Position numbers and translations under genes: made by a program. A stretch of DNA of 63,811 nt from a virus (lineage: Duplodnaviria > Caudoviricetes): positions 1 to 63,811 of IMG/VR virus record IMGVR_UViG_3300045135_000802; one strand, given 5' to 3'. The notes below the pieces were generated by a model. That model had not been told where the DNA came from. It was given only the letters and a program-made list of their open reading frames with translations, and did no database searches. This document shows, piece after piece, positions 19,750 to 30,500 of this stretch. How positions within the stretch are numbered: position 1 is the first letter of the stretch; each line of letters starts with the position of its first letter.

Positions 19750-21533
19750 TGGGACTTTACAAATACGCAACTAAAGATTTGTCTATAACGAATGCGGAAG
19801 CATTTGTTGCTAAGGTAAATGCTTCTGGAGACGGGAGGGATAGTAAAAAATCAACTATCCTTTATGCCGTTCTAGGTAAGTCCACTCAGTGGCCAGATGA
19901 ACCTAATCCTGAAATGCCACCAGATAATGAGCAGTACCTTCACTACGAGATACAGCGTAATTTTATCGGAGGTAAAAAAGTCCAGCCTTCAGATGTATCT
20001 CACGTTGCTACTCGATACGATTGGACAAGCGGTACAACGTATGCTATGTATCGTGATACCGACGTTGACGTATACTACAAAAAATACTATGTTGTAACAG
20101 ATGAGAATAACGTATACAAATGCCTTTACAATAATAAAGATTCTGCTTCTACAGTTAAGCCAACTGGATACTCGCTAACGCCATTTACAACGTCTGACGG
20201 TTACATGTGGAAATATATGTACACTATTTCGTTGACTCAGGCTAGCAAGTTTATGACTCCGAATCATATTCCAGTTAAAACTGCTACTGAAGAAGATGGT
20301 TCAGCTGAAACCGAACGTCTACTACTTGTTCAGAATACAGCGGTAAACGGATCTATTCAGGTTATCGAAACGAATTCTCCAGGAACTAGTTACAGCCAAG
20401 TTGCTAACGGTATTGTAGAGTCTGGCGGTAAGTACACAGTCAAACTATCTTCGGTTGGCGCTAATCCGCCTTCTCCAGTTGATAACTTCTATAACGGTTG
20501 TAGCGTATATGTTATCAGCGGTACAGGTGCTGGTCAGCTAAGACGTGTTATTAACTATTCTGGTGCGACTAAAACTCTTACAGTTAATACAGCGTTTGCT
20601 TCGGTTTGTAACTCTGACTCACGTGTAATCGTATCCCCAACTGTAACAATTGTTGGTGACGGTAAAGGCGCACAGGCTTATGCTACTGTTAATGGTAGCA
20701 CGGGTGGCGTTGCTAATATCGCTATGCTCAGCGTGGGTTCAGGCTACACTAGAGCTAAAGCATACATTACAGCTAACGGTGTTCATGGTTACGGTGCTTC
20801 GGCTAACGTTGTTATCTCTCCTCTAGGCGGGCATGGCTCTAACCCTGTTCGTGAACTAGCGGCAGACCGTGTACTAGTAAACGTTCAGTTCAGCGGTCAA
20901 GAAGGTATCTCAGCTAACGGTAATGGCTACATTCCATCAAACACTGAGTTTAGAACTATCTCTCTACTAGCTGACCCTGTACTAAAAGTTGATGCTAACA
21001 ACAGCCACCGTTCGGTAGAACACGTTGCTAATACATCTAACTCTCCATCTACACTTAGATTTACAACTAGAGTCGTGACGTCATACAACGAAATGAACGA
21101 TGCGATTCCTGAGAATCCATTTACGGTTGGACAAGTAATTACAAACGCTAGGAATATCCTGCGTGCAAGAACAGGCGAACTTGAATTTGTTACCGAGCTA
21201 AGTCAAATCGCCAAAGATAATAACGCACTGAGTAATGCTCTTAGAGCGGCAAATGGTCAGATTGTATACTTAAGGAAAGATGAGACTGAATCAGATCCAT
21301 CGTTCTACACTTTGTATATAAATAACGTTAACAGCTATTCTGATTACGCTGCTTTCACCAAAGACGATGTTATTGTTAAGAGCACAAGCGAAACCCCTGT
21401 AGCGACTGTTGAGTCGATTAAAGGACCAGAAGCGAATACTTACTCAGGTGAAGTAATCTTCACAGAAAACGTTCAACCAGTACTACGAGATGTCGATCAA
21501 ATTGAAGACATCAAAGTGATCCTAGATTTCTAA
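19749..21533 (+). CDS. 8: Baseplate wedge subunit gp8
   Basis: RYDWTSGTTY.MY, YYVVTDENNVYKCLYN, DGYMWKYMYTI, GGHGSNPVREL, QIEDIKVILDF. Confidence 0.9.
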   Translation: MGLYKYATKDLSITNAEAFVAKVNASGDGRDSKKSTILYAVLGKSTQWPDEPNPEMPPDNEQYLHYEIQRNFIGGKKVQPSDVSHVATRYDWTSGTTYAMYRDTDVDVYYKKYYVVTDENNVYKCLYNNKDSASTVKPTGYSLTPFTTSDGYMWKYMYTISLTQASKFMTPNHIPVKTATEEDGSAETERLLLVQNTAVNGSIQVIETNSPGTSYSQVANGIVESGGKYTVKLSSVGANPPSPVDNFYNGCSVYVISGTGAGQLRRVINYSGATKTLTVNTAFASVCNSDSRVIVSPTVTIVGDGKGAQAYATVNGSTGGVANIAMLSVGSGYTRAKAYITANGVHGYGASANVVISPLGGHGSNPVRELAADRVLVNVQFSGQEGISANGNGYIPSNTEFRTISLLADPVLKVDANNSHRSVEHVANTSNSPSTLRFTTRVVTSYNEMNDAIPENPFTVGQVITNARNILRARTGELEFVTELSQIAKDNNALSNALRAANGQIVYLRKDETESDPSFYTLYINNVNSYSDYAAFTKDDVIVKSTSETPVATVESIKGPEANTYSGEVIFTENVQPVLRDVDQIEDIKVILDF

Positions 21534-21543
21534 AGGAAACGAC

Positions 21544-24500
21544 ATGCCACTTGAAAGCAATCTGAACCAAAGCCCATACTTTGACGATTTTGACGAGGAT
21601 AAGAATTTTTATAGAATTCTATTCCGTCCTGGTAGAGCAGTTCAAGCACGAGAACTGACGCAGATCCAATCGATCCTACAGAATCAGGTAGATAAACTCG
21701 CCAACGAAGTGTTCGTTGACGGGACTATCGTTACTGGTGGCGGTCTAATTACAGATAAGACTAACTATGTTAAGTTGATGGATAAGGATGCTAATGGGCG
21801 AGTAATCCTTCTCAACGACTTCTATACTAGCAGTCAGATTGCTAACGCATATGTTGTTGGTCAGACTACAGGCATGGAAGGTAAACTGGTATCAGTAGTT
21901 GACGGTTCAGAAGCTGCTGCTCCAAATTACCTTACGTTCTACTGTCACTACACTAACTCTGGTTCTAACAATGCTACTAGAACGTTTGGTAACGGTGAAA
22001 CACTTCACTTCTACAATTCGTCTAATAACAACTTCATCTTTGCGGCAAATACTCTAGTATCTAACTCTACTGGTTTCGCTCTTAAAGCGAACATCGATAG
22101 CGGTACAGTTTACCACAAAGGTCATATGATCAAGCTTCAGCCGCAGAGCACTATCGTTGGTCGTTACACTACAGAGCCTTGGGCTCAGATTGGTCTTACA
22201 ACTGAAGAGTCTTTTATTAACTCTGACCAAGACTCAACTCTACTAGATAATGCTGCTGGCGCTACTAACTATGCTGCTCCTGGCGCTAACCGTCTTAAAA
22301 TCTATCCACGACTTACAGTTAAGCCATATGGCTATGCTAACAACGCTGGCTACTTCAACATCGCTACTGTAGAAGGCGGCTCTATCGTTACACGTGGTGG
22401 CGATACAATCCTTCCTGCCGTTGAAGATATGATGGCTAGACGTTCTTACGATACTAATGGCGACTATGTAACTGAACCATTTAACATTCGTATTCGTGAG
22501 CACCTCAAAAAAGAAAACAGTCTTGGTAAATACACTGAAGATGATGGCGGTGACTATCTAAAACTTGTTGCTGAAATTGAACGTGGTACAGCTTACGTAT
22601 CTGGTAAGAAAGTAGAGATTGCTGAATCTAAATTCATCAACTTCGATAAAGCGACTGATACCTCTACATTCAACGGTGTAGCTATCGGTCAGACTATCGG
22701 TAACTATGTTATCGCTGAAGAGTGTGTAGGTACTTGGGGTCTATCAGATTTCCAAGAAGTTGATCTATACGATTCATACCAGAAAGGTATCAGTCAGAAG
22801 AACCTTGGTCTACAACAAGCACGTGGTGTTAAAGTTGGTACAGCTAAGGTAAGAGGATTCCAGTGGGATTCTGGTTACATGGGTATGGCTGACGGTCGCT
22901 TCCGTATCTACCTATTTGATATTTCTATGAACAACGGCAAGTCTTTCCGTGATGTTCGTGGTATGCGCATCGAAGGTACAAACGGTACACGTTCTATGTG
23001 TGACCTTATCTCTGAACTAGACGGATACGTAAAGGTTCAGGAAACTAACCTTAACGCTCTTGTATTCCCTCTTGGACAGTTTGGTACTAAGTCTTTGACT
23101 GACCAACAGTTTGTTTACCGTACAGAAATTGATTCAGACTTTGGTACAACAGGTACAGCGACAATCGATCTACCTTCAGCGCATCCTGGCGGCACAGAAA
23201 ACCTACAGGATACTGGTAGCCCACTTACAAACCCTGACGAAAGAAACGTTATCATTGTATCACGTGCGTCAGTTAAGTCAGCTCCTCAGACTGGTTCTGT
23301 AACTTCAGCTTCAGGAACTTCTATTACTGGTAGCGGAACTCAGTTCCAGAGCGAATATAAGATTGGCGACTTCATCGAGCTTGATAATGGCGGAACGCTA
23401 ACCAATCACCGTATTACAGCGATCCCTAGCCATACGTCTATCACAGTAGCGAATACTATTACAAGCGCTGTGTCTGGATCAGTTCCTCACCGTGTTCTAT
23501 TCCCTACAGGTCACATCTTTGATATGACCCGTGACGGTGCGACTATTCAGTCTACAAGCTCTACTCAGTACGAACTAAACATCGGTGTCGCTAACCTAGA
23601 ATCTCAGTTTGCTTCTACCGTATACTTCAACGTTCTACGTACTGATGCGGTTCAGACTTCTAAAATCGTAAACAAAAATAGATACGTATACATTGATACA
23701 AGCACTCATAGTGCTGGCGCTTCTGGTCCATGGTCACTTGGTGTGCCTGACGTTTACAAGATCGAAGCAGTATATCAGGGAACTGACGAAACAGGAACTG
23801 ATGTAACTAAGAACTTTGAACTTGATGATGGTCAGAAAGACTCTTTCTACGATATCTCTAAACTTGTTAAGAAGTCTGATAGTACTCTAAGCACCACTAG
23901 TAAAGGTTTCCTAGTTAAGTTTAGCTACTTTACTCATAACCGCACAAACGGTATCGGCTACCTATCTGCTGATTCATACCCAATCGACGATAGATACACA
24001 GCTAACACTGATGCGGTTACAACTCAGGAAATCCCTATCTTCAGAAGCCCAACTACAAACCGTGAGTTTGATCTAAGGGATTCTGTAGACTTCCGTCCTA
24101 TTAAAGTTGCGGCTGTAACGCCAGCGACTACAGCTACGGTTACGTCTGGAATTACAAACCCAGGAACTTCAACAACGTATGACGTTCATGCTAGCGGTTC
24201 TTACATTCCTACTCCAGACGAGAACTTCCAAGCGGATATTGAGTTCTATCTTCCACGTAAAGACCGTATCGTAATTACTAAAGGCGGCTCAACGCAAATC
24301 GTTAAGGGTATTCCTGAAGTTCTACCTAGAACACCAGCGGATCTACCTGCTTCAATGACGTTGGCTATCCTAGACATTCCGCCATACCCATCACTATCGC
24401 CTTATGTATCTAAACAATACAAGCGTAGCAAGTATGCGGTTCGAATGACTCTAGAGAATAACCGTAGATACACAATGAAAGATCTACGTGCTATTGAGCA

Positions 24501-27354
24501 ACGTATTAACAACCTTGAATACTACTCAACAATGAACCTTCTAGAGTCAACTGCTAAGAACCAGCAGCTATTCAACTCTGATGGCGTTGATAGATTTAAG
24601 AATGGTCTATTCGTTGACCCAATGGTCAGCCATGCTCATGCTGATACTGCTAACCCTTACTACAAGGCAGCTATCGATAAGAATAATGGCTACATGAGAC
24701 CAGCATTCTTAAGAAGCGATGTAAAACTTAACTACGACGAAGCATCTTCAACAGGCGTTATTCAGAAGGGTAACATGTTGATGCTTGACTACGTTGATGA
24801 GAAGTTCTTGGATCAGCCTTATGCTTCTAAACTTCGTAACCCAGTACAGGAACTTATGTTCAACTGGCGTGGGCACGTTGATCTAGATCCACCAGCGGAC
24901 AACGGAACAAGTATTCAGACTGAACCTGAAATTCAGCTTGACTTCAACGGCTTCTACGAATCTATGGAACGTATTGCTCAGGAAGCAGGTATCCTAGATA
25001 AGATCGAATGGGGCGGTTGGAATCAGAACGGTAAAACAAGAACTAAGACTGGTACTCAGTTGACAATGTCTGCCGTTGAAGAAACTATTTCTTTCGGTAA
25101 CATGGTACAGAGCGTATCGGTACGTGACTTCATGCGTACTCGCCCAATTCGATTCACTGGTCAGCGTATGCGTCCTAATACGAGAGTATGGGCTTACTTC
25201 GACGACGAGAAAGTATTTGAATACTGTACTCCTTGTGATGAGAACTTCAACGAGATCGGTGCTGAAGGCGATGCGCTTTACACTGATGCTACAGGTACTT
25301 GTTACGGTATCTTCCGTATCCCTGAAGACGATAATCTGAAGTTCCGTATTGGTACCAAGCGTTTCGTTCTTATGGATATCAGCAACCCTGATACTCAGAA
25401 AGATCTAATCGGTACTTCTGCTCATGGCGACTACAGCAGCTTCCCGCTTGACGTAGTACAACGTGGTGCTTCGGTTAATATGACAGTGCCTCAGTTTGGT
25501 CAGAAAACATTTAATCAGACTCAGACACTTCATACTGTAGCCGATGGTGACCGTTCATGGTGGGATCCACTCGCTCAGTCGTTCACTGTAAACGTTTCTG
25601 GTAGCGTTGATGGTATCTTTGTTACCCGTGTAGATCTATACTTCGGTAATAAGGATAGCACGCTTCCAATTACTCTACAGATTCGTGAAGTAGAAAATGG
25701 TTTCCCAACTCAGACAATCGTTCCTAACGGTATCAAGACTCTGAAACCTGCTTCTATTGATGCGGATATGACTAAGCCAGTCAATACACCGTTCTTCTTC
25801 GATAGCCCTGTATTCCTAGAGAATAAGAAAGAATATGCTATCGTAGCAGTTCCTGGCGGTAACAGCGACCAGTACACTCTATGGGTTGCTCAGCTTGGCG
25901 GTATGGATATTGTTCGCCCTAATACGTTGATCAGTAAACAGACTGCTTCTGGCGTCTTGTTCTCTTCTTCAAACGATAGTACTTGGAACGCTATTCAAGA
26001 CGAAGATATGATGTTTGATATCTACCGTGCTCGATTCGACACTGGCGTAAATTCTGGCTCAGTTGTACTTAAGAACAACCCTGCTGAGTTCTTCAACGTT
26101 GATGAGATTGATGGCGGATTTAAAGTTGGCGAAACGGTACGTTCTGAATCTACTCTAACAATGGCGAACTCTGATAGTGTTCCTGTTGGTACGGTTCTAC
26201 GAAGCGAGTACTGTTACTTTGCTAACAACACTAATGGATTCAACTACACGCATCCAAACTTCGCTAACGGTGTTGTTCGTGAAATCGTTTCTAGCGGTTC
26301 AGGTTCGGTTATTGTCAAAGTTGATGCTATGGGTAACTTCCCTGTATCGTCATCTAACAATGCTAACCGTATCTACCTATCTGACGGAACGCATATCGGT
26401 ACAGCTAGTTCGTTTACAGCAGGTACAGCGACAGGTGAATGTTCGTTCTTCTACAACATCGCTGGTAAGCTTCACCTATTAGACGGTTCAGGTACATTCC
26501 CTGAAGGCGACTATGTAAGAGGTCAGAAGTCTGGTGCGTCAGCGGTAATCGGTTCTTACGATAACCTACCAATGAACACCGTTGTTCCTAAAGTTCCTGA
26601 GCTGTTGAGATTCAACACTTCTACGTCTTGGGAAGTTAGACCAACAACTTCAGGTCGTGTACTTGATAACTGGATGCCTGCTAGTCTAGGCGAAGAGAAT
26701 AACTTCTACGATAATGAGAAGTCAATCTTCACTAAGTCTAATGAACCATCTGGTCGTTCATTCAGCATGAGAGGTACTCTATCAACTAGCGACGATATGG
26801 TTTCTCCAATGATTGACCTATCAAGAGCTAATGCGATTGTCCTTGGTAACATTATCAACAACGATAGTGATGAAGAATGGAAGAACGTTGGTAACTCACG
26901 TGTTCGTTACATCAGTAAGAAAGTCACTCTAGCTGACGGAATGGATGCTGAAGATCTGAGCGTATTCATTGATGCTTACAAACCACGTGGTACTGAGGTT
27001 GAAGTGTTCGCTAGAATTCAACATGGCGAAGATGCTGAAGCATTTAATGATAAAGACTTCACGCCAATGACGCAGATCACGGCTTCGAATACTTACTCTA
27101 TCGGTACTGATGGCGCTGATATTAGAGAATTCCAGTTCGGCTTCTCAGCTAATACAAATGGACAAGGGTTCTTGACTTCAGCAAACAATCATGCACGCAT
27201 AAATACTGATGATAGCATTGTTTGGTACAGAGGAACTGACGGAGCTACTTACAGCGGTTACAAAACGTTCTCTATTAAGATCGTATTGACTGCTTCAAGC
27301 TCTGCACTTGTACCGTTTGTAGATGGATTAAGAGCGATAGCACTTCAGAAATAA
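21544..27354 (+). CDS. Large virion structural protein, VrlC/DUF4815-like
   Basis: NLNQSPYFDDFDEDKNFYRILFRPGRAVQARELTQIQSILQNQ, APGANRLKI, RYTMKDLRAIEQRINNLEYY, DPLAQSF; usual position after gp8 in marine T4-like phages. Confidence 0.85.
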   Translation: MPLESNLNQSPYFDDFDEDKNFYRILFRPGRAVQARELTQIQSILQNQVDKLANEVFVDGTIVTGGGLITDKTNYVKLMDKDANGRVILLNDFYTSSQIANAYVVGQTTGMEGKLVSVVDGSEAAAPNYLTFYCHYTNSGSNNATRTFGNGETLHFYNSSNNNFIFAANTLVSNSTGFALKANIDSGTVYHKGHMIKLQPQSTIVGRYTTEPWAQIGLTTEESFINSDQDSTLLDNAAGATNYAAPGANRLKIYPRLTVKPYGYANNAGYFNIATVEGGSIVTRGGDTILPAVEDMMARRSYDTNGDYVTEPFNIRIREHLKKENSLGKYTEDDGGDYLKLVAEIERGTAYVSGKKVEIAESKFINFDKATDTSTFNGVAIGQTIGNYVIAEECVGTWGLSDFQEVDLYDSYQKGISQKNLGLQQARGVKVGTAKVRGFQWDSGYMGMADGRFRIYLFDISMNNGKSFRDVRGMRIEGTNGTRSMCDLISELDGYVKVQETNLNALVFPLGQFGTKSLTDQQFVYRTEIDSDFGTTGTATIDLPSAHPGGTENLQDTGSPLTNPDERNVIIVSRASVKSAPQTGSVTSASGTSITGSGTQFQSEYKIGDFIELDNGGTLTNHRITAIPSHTSITVANTITSAVSGSVPHRVLFPTGHIFDMTRDGATIQSTSSTQYELNIGVANLESQFASTVYFNVLRTDAVQTSKIVNKNRYVYIDTSTHSAGASGPWSLGVPDVYKIEAVYQGTDETGTDVTKNFELDDGQKDSFYDISKLVKKSDSTLSTTSKGFLVKFSYFTHNRTNGIGYLSADSYPIDDRYTANTDAVTTQEIPIFRSPTTNREFDLRDSVDFRPIKVAAVTPATTATVTSGITNPGTSTTYDVHASGSYIPTPDENFQADIEFYLPRKDRIVITKGGSTQIVKGIPEVLPRTPADLPASMTLAILDIPPYPSLSPYVSKQYKRSKYAVRMTLENNRRYTMKDLRAIEQRINNLEYYSTMNLLESTAKNQQLFNSDGVDRFKNGLFVDPMVSHAHADTANPYYKAAIDKNNGYMRPAFLRSDVKLNYDEASSTGVIQKGNMLMLDYVDEKFLDQPYASKLRNPVQELMFNWRGHVDLDPPADNGTSIQTEPEIQLDFNGFYESMERIAQEAGILDKIEWGGWNQNGKTRTKTGTQLTMSAVEETISFGNMVQSVSVRDFMRTRPIRFTGQRMRPNTRVWAYFDDEKVFEYCTPCDENFNEIGAEGDALYTDATGTCYGIFRIPEDDNLKFRIGTKRFVLMDISNPDTQKDLIGTSAHGDYSSFPLDVVQRGASVNMTVPQFGQKTFNQTQTLHTVADGDRSWWDPLAQSFTVNVSGSVDGIFVTRVDLYFGNKDSTLPITLQIREVENGFPTQTIVPNGIKTLKPASIDADMTKPVNTPFFFDSPVFLENKKEYAIVAVPGGNSDQYTLWVAQLGGMDIVRPNTLISKQTASGVLFSSSNDSTWNAIQDEDMMFDIYRARFDTGVNSGSVVLKNNPAEFFNVDEIDGGFKVGETVRSESTLTMANSDSVPVGTVLRSEYCYFANNTNGFNYTHPNFANGVVREIVSSGSGSVIVKVDAMGNFPVSSSNNANRIYLSDGTHIGTASSFTAGTATGECSFFYNIAGKLHLLDGSGTFPEGDYVRGQKSGASAVIGSYDNLPMNTVVPKVPELLRFNTSTSWEVRPTTSGRVLDNWMPASLGEENNFYDNEKSIFTKSNEPSGRSFSMRGTLSTSDDMVSPMIDLSRANAIVLGNIINNDSDEEWKNVGNSRVRYISKKVTLADGMDAEDLSVFIDAYKPRGTEVEVFARIQHGEDAEAFNDKDFTPMTQITASNTYSIGTDGADIREFQFGFSANTNGQGFLTSANNHARINTDDSIVWYRGTDGATYSGYKTFSIKIVLTASSSALVPFVDGLRAIALQK

Positions 27355-27566
27355 TGAACTATACTAAGATAAAAGAAGATGAGTCGTTTGTTAGGGACGA
27401 CTCAACCAACGCAATACTAAATGTTGATGTTGATTCTTTAACTAAATATCGTAAGCAACGTGAGAAAAGGGAAAAGATGAATGAAGACATCGAGAACCTT
27501 AAAGCGAAGATGGACACGATAGAGAATTTACTTCAGCAACTAGTAAACAGAGAAAATGACAAATGA
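27354..27566 (+). CDS. Small coiled-coil hypothetical protein
   Basis: 70 aa, VRD..TNAILN then heptad helix; coupled to both neighbours. Confidence 0.8.
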   Translation: MNYTKIKEDESFVRDDSTNAILNVDVDSLTKYRKQREKREKMNEDIENLKAKMDTIENLLQQLVNRENDK

Positions 27567-30500
27567 GCGTAAGAATAGCCAATACCTCACTCAATAACAG
27601 CTTCAATAGTTGGAGACTTAACACTAACTATATGGCGACTGTTATTAGTAACAACGCAGTCACTGTTCGTGGAACAGGCGATACCGCACGTGGCGGCATG
27701 AGTAGAGGTTCGGGGCACGTTGAAGGTACGTTCACTGCTAACACTCTAAAGACGTTTGCTCTTGCGGGCGGTAACACATTAGTTCAAACTGATCTTTCGA
27801 TTATCTCTAATACAACTTTCAGCGGTGCTGACCTAACCGTATCGGCTAATGCGGTTTTCTCTGGTAACGTTGACTTTGATATTACAGGTGCTAATCGTTT
27901 ACACCTTGGCGGTATTGACCGTCTACGTCTATCTGGCGGGCAAAGAGGTCAGTTCCTAGTAATTGAAGATACTACAGGCGGTGCTGGTCCAAGTAGCGAT
28001 ACTCCTCAGTTCAGATACCTAACGCTGCGTGACATTACTGATCTATCTACAAACTCAGCTCACATTATTCTTTCATCTGCTAATAGCTCTTTCAGTGAAG
28101 ATAACGATTCACCTCATATCATCTTCGCTTCAGGTATTGGCGGAAGCAACCCAGCAGATAAAATTCACATCTTTGCGGCTGGCGACCCTGCTACTGGCGG
28201 CGACTCAGATCTATTCGTTAAGATGGCTGACTCAGCTGGTGACTCTAAATTTACAATCGCTACGGTAGCAAATGCTGCTGTAGCTACAATTTCATCTACA
28301 GGTGAGATTAGTACAGTCAATGACCTAAACGTTGATGGAACATCTTACCTTGAAGTCCTAGACGTAAATGATACTTCTCGCTTTGTTGGAACATCTACTT
28401 TCCATGGAACAGCGGTATTCAACGACGAAGTAACATTCAATAGTCTAGTTAAGCTGTATGGCGACGTTGAAGTAGGCGATGCGGCTGCTGACGTTCTAAA
28501 CGTAGAAGCGAGCTCATACCTAAACGGCAACACAACGTTGGGCGATGCTAACTCAGATATCCTATACGTTAATGCTGAAATTCGAGCTGACCTCACTCCA
28601 AACACAACCAACTCATTTACTCTAGGTAAATTAGATAAGAAATGGAAACGTGCTTGGATTGTTGAGGCAGACTTCGATAACCTAACGGTTCGTGAAAACT
28701 CTCGAATGAACAACACTTCGGTGACGTTCCTTACAGCTAATAGCACTGCTTCGCTTAACGATACAACGGTAACAACTCTACATGCTAACGGCAATGTTAC
28801 TCTAGGAAGTGCTCTTGAAGTTGCGGGTCTAACTGATCTACAGGGTAACGTTCGCCTTGGTAACGCTAACACAGATACGGTTCGTGTAACAGGTGAAATT
28901 GAAACGGCTATCGTTCCTTCAGCTAACGGACAGAACGATCTAGGTAAAGCATACAAGCAGTGGAACTTCTTATACACCAAGAATGCTAACGTAGCAACAA
29001 CGCTTGTCGTTGATGGCGATACTCGAATCAATACTCTTACAGCTACCTCTATTAGAGCTAACTCAGCTGTTGATATTCGTAACGATCTAAACGTTGATGG
29101 CGGTTCTACTCTAAATGAAGTAACTACAACAACGTTGACAGCTAACGGTGTAACAAACCTTAATAGCACGTTGACTGTTGGCGGTAGAACGTTCCTTACT
29201 AGAAAGCTAAACGTATCTGAAAAGACCACGTTGACTGACCTACATGCTAATGGCGCTCTTGATGTCGTAGGCTCTACGGCTCTTAACGGGTTGACGGTTA
29301 CTACGCTTTCTGCTAACAACACCGCTTCATTGAACGATGTTACTGTTACCACGCTTCAAGCCAATGGAACCAGTACTCTAAATGCTGTTAATGCTGCGTC
29401 TATTGCTGTAGACGGTGCGTCTGCGCTGAATGAGGTAACGGCAACGACCTTGACAGCAAACGGAACCTCGGCTCTTAACGGAGCTACAGTGACGACTCTT
29501 CATGCTAATGGAAACGTTACGCTGGGTGCGGCTCTACAGGTAGACGGTACTTCTAGTCTTCATGGAATAACAGGAACAACCCTACTAGCGAATGGCGCTG
29601 TTACTTTCAGATCTACTCTAGAAGTTGATGATCAGGCTCAGTTCGACGGTAATGTGATCCTTGGCGACAACTCTACGGATAAAATTACTGTTAAGGGTAA
29701 CTTCGCTAACCAATCGACTGACGGAACATCCGACTTCAACGGAACAGTTAATACTTACGGAACGTTGAACGTAAACGGCGATTCTAATATCGGCGACGCT
29801 GATACAGATACTGTAACAATTACAGCGACAATCGATAGCGATCTAATTCCTACATCTAACGTTACATACGATCTAGGTTCATCGACTAAAGCTTGGAAAG
29901 ACCTATACCTATCAGGTTCTAGTCTATACCTTGGCTCAGTTAAGTTTGCTGACGTATCTGGCGGTCTAGTTATTACTGATGGATCTTCAACTACAGTTGA
30001 CATTACAGCGGCTACAGTTAATGCTGAAGACCTTGTAGTTGACGGAACTTCAGCTCTTCACGGAACATCAACTACAACGCTACACGCTAACGGAGCAATC
30101 ACAGCTGACTCAACTCTAGCGGTTGACGGTACGTCTTCACTCAACGGTGTAACGGCTACTAGTCTTCACGCTAACGGAGCAATTACAGCCGATTCAACTC
30201 TAGCAGTTGACGGCACTTCTAGTTTGAATGGCGTTACAACGACCACCCTACATGCTAACACTAGCTTAAATGTAGACGGTACGACTACGCTCAACGGAAC
30301 TACAGTTACAACTCTTGCGGCTAACTTAGCATCAACGTTTGCTAATACGGTAGACGTGATTGGTGCCACAACACTTACATCTATTACAGCTTCTTCAAAC
30401 GCTGTATTCCAAGATGAGATTGTTGGTCAGGGTAATACAACTCTAAGCTACTTGACTGTTAACAACCTATCTTCTCTGAGCGATACCGATATCACTGGTC

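Noticed and set aside
21544-27354. Virulence factor (VrlC name)
   Set aside because: The family name is historical; position and motifs indicate a virion structural protein.
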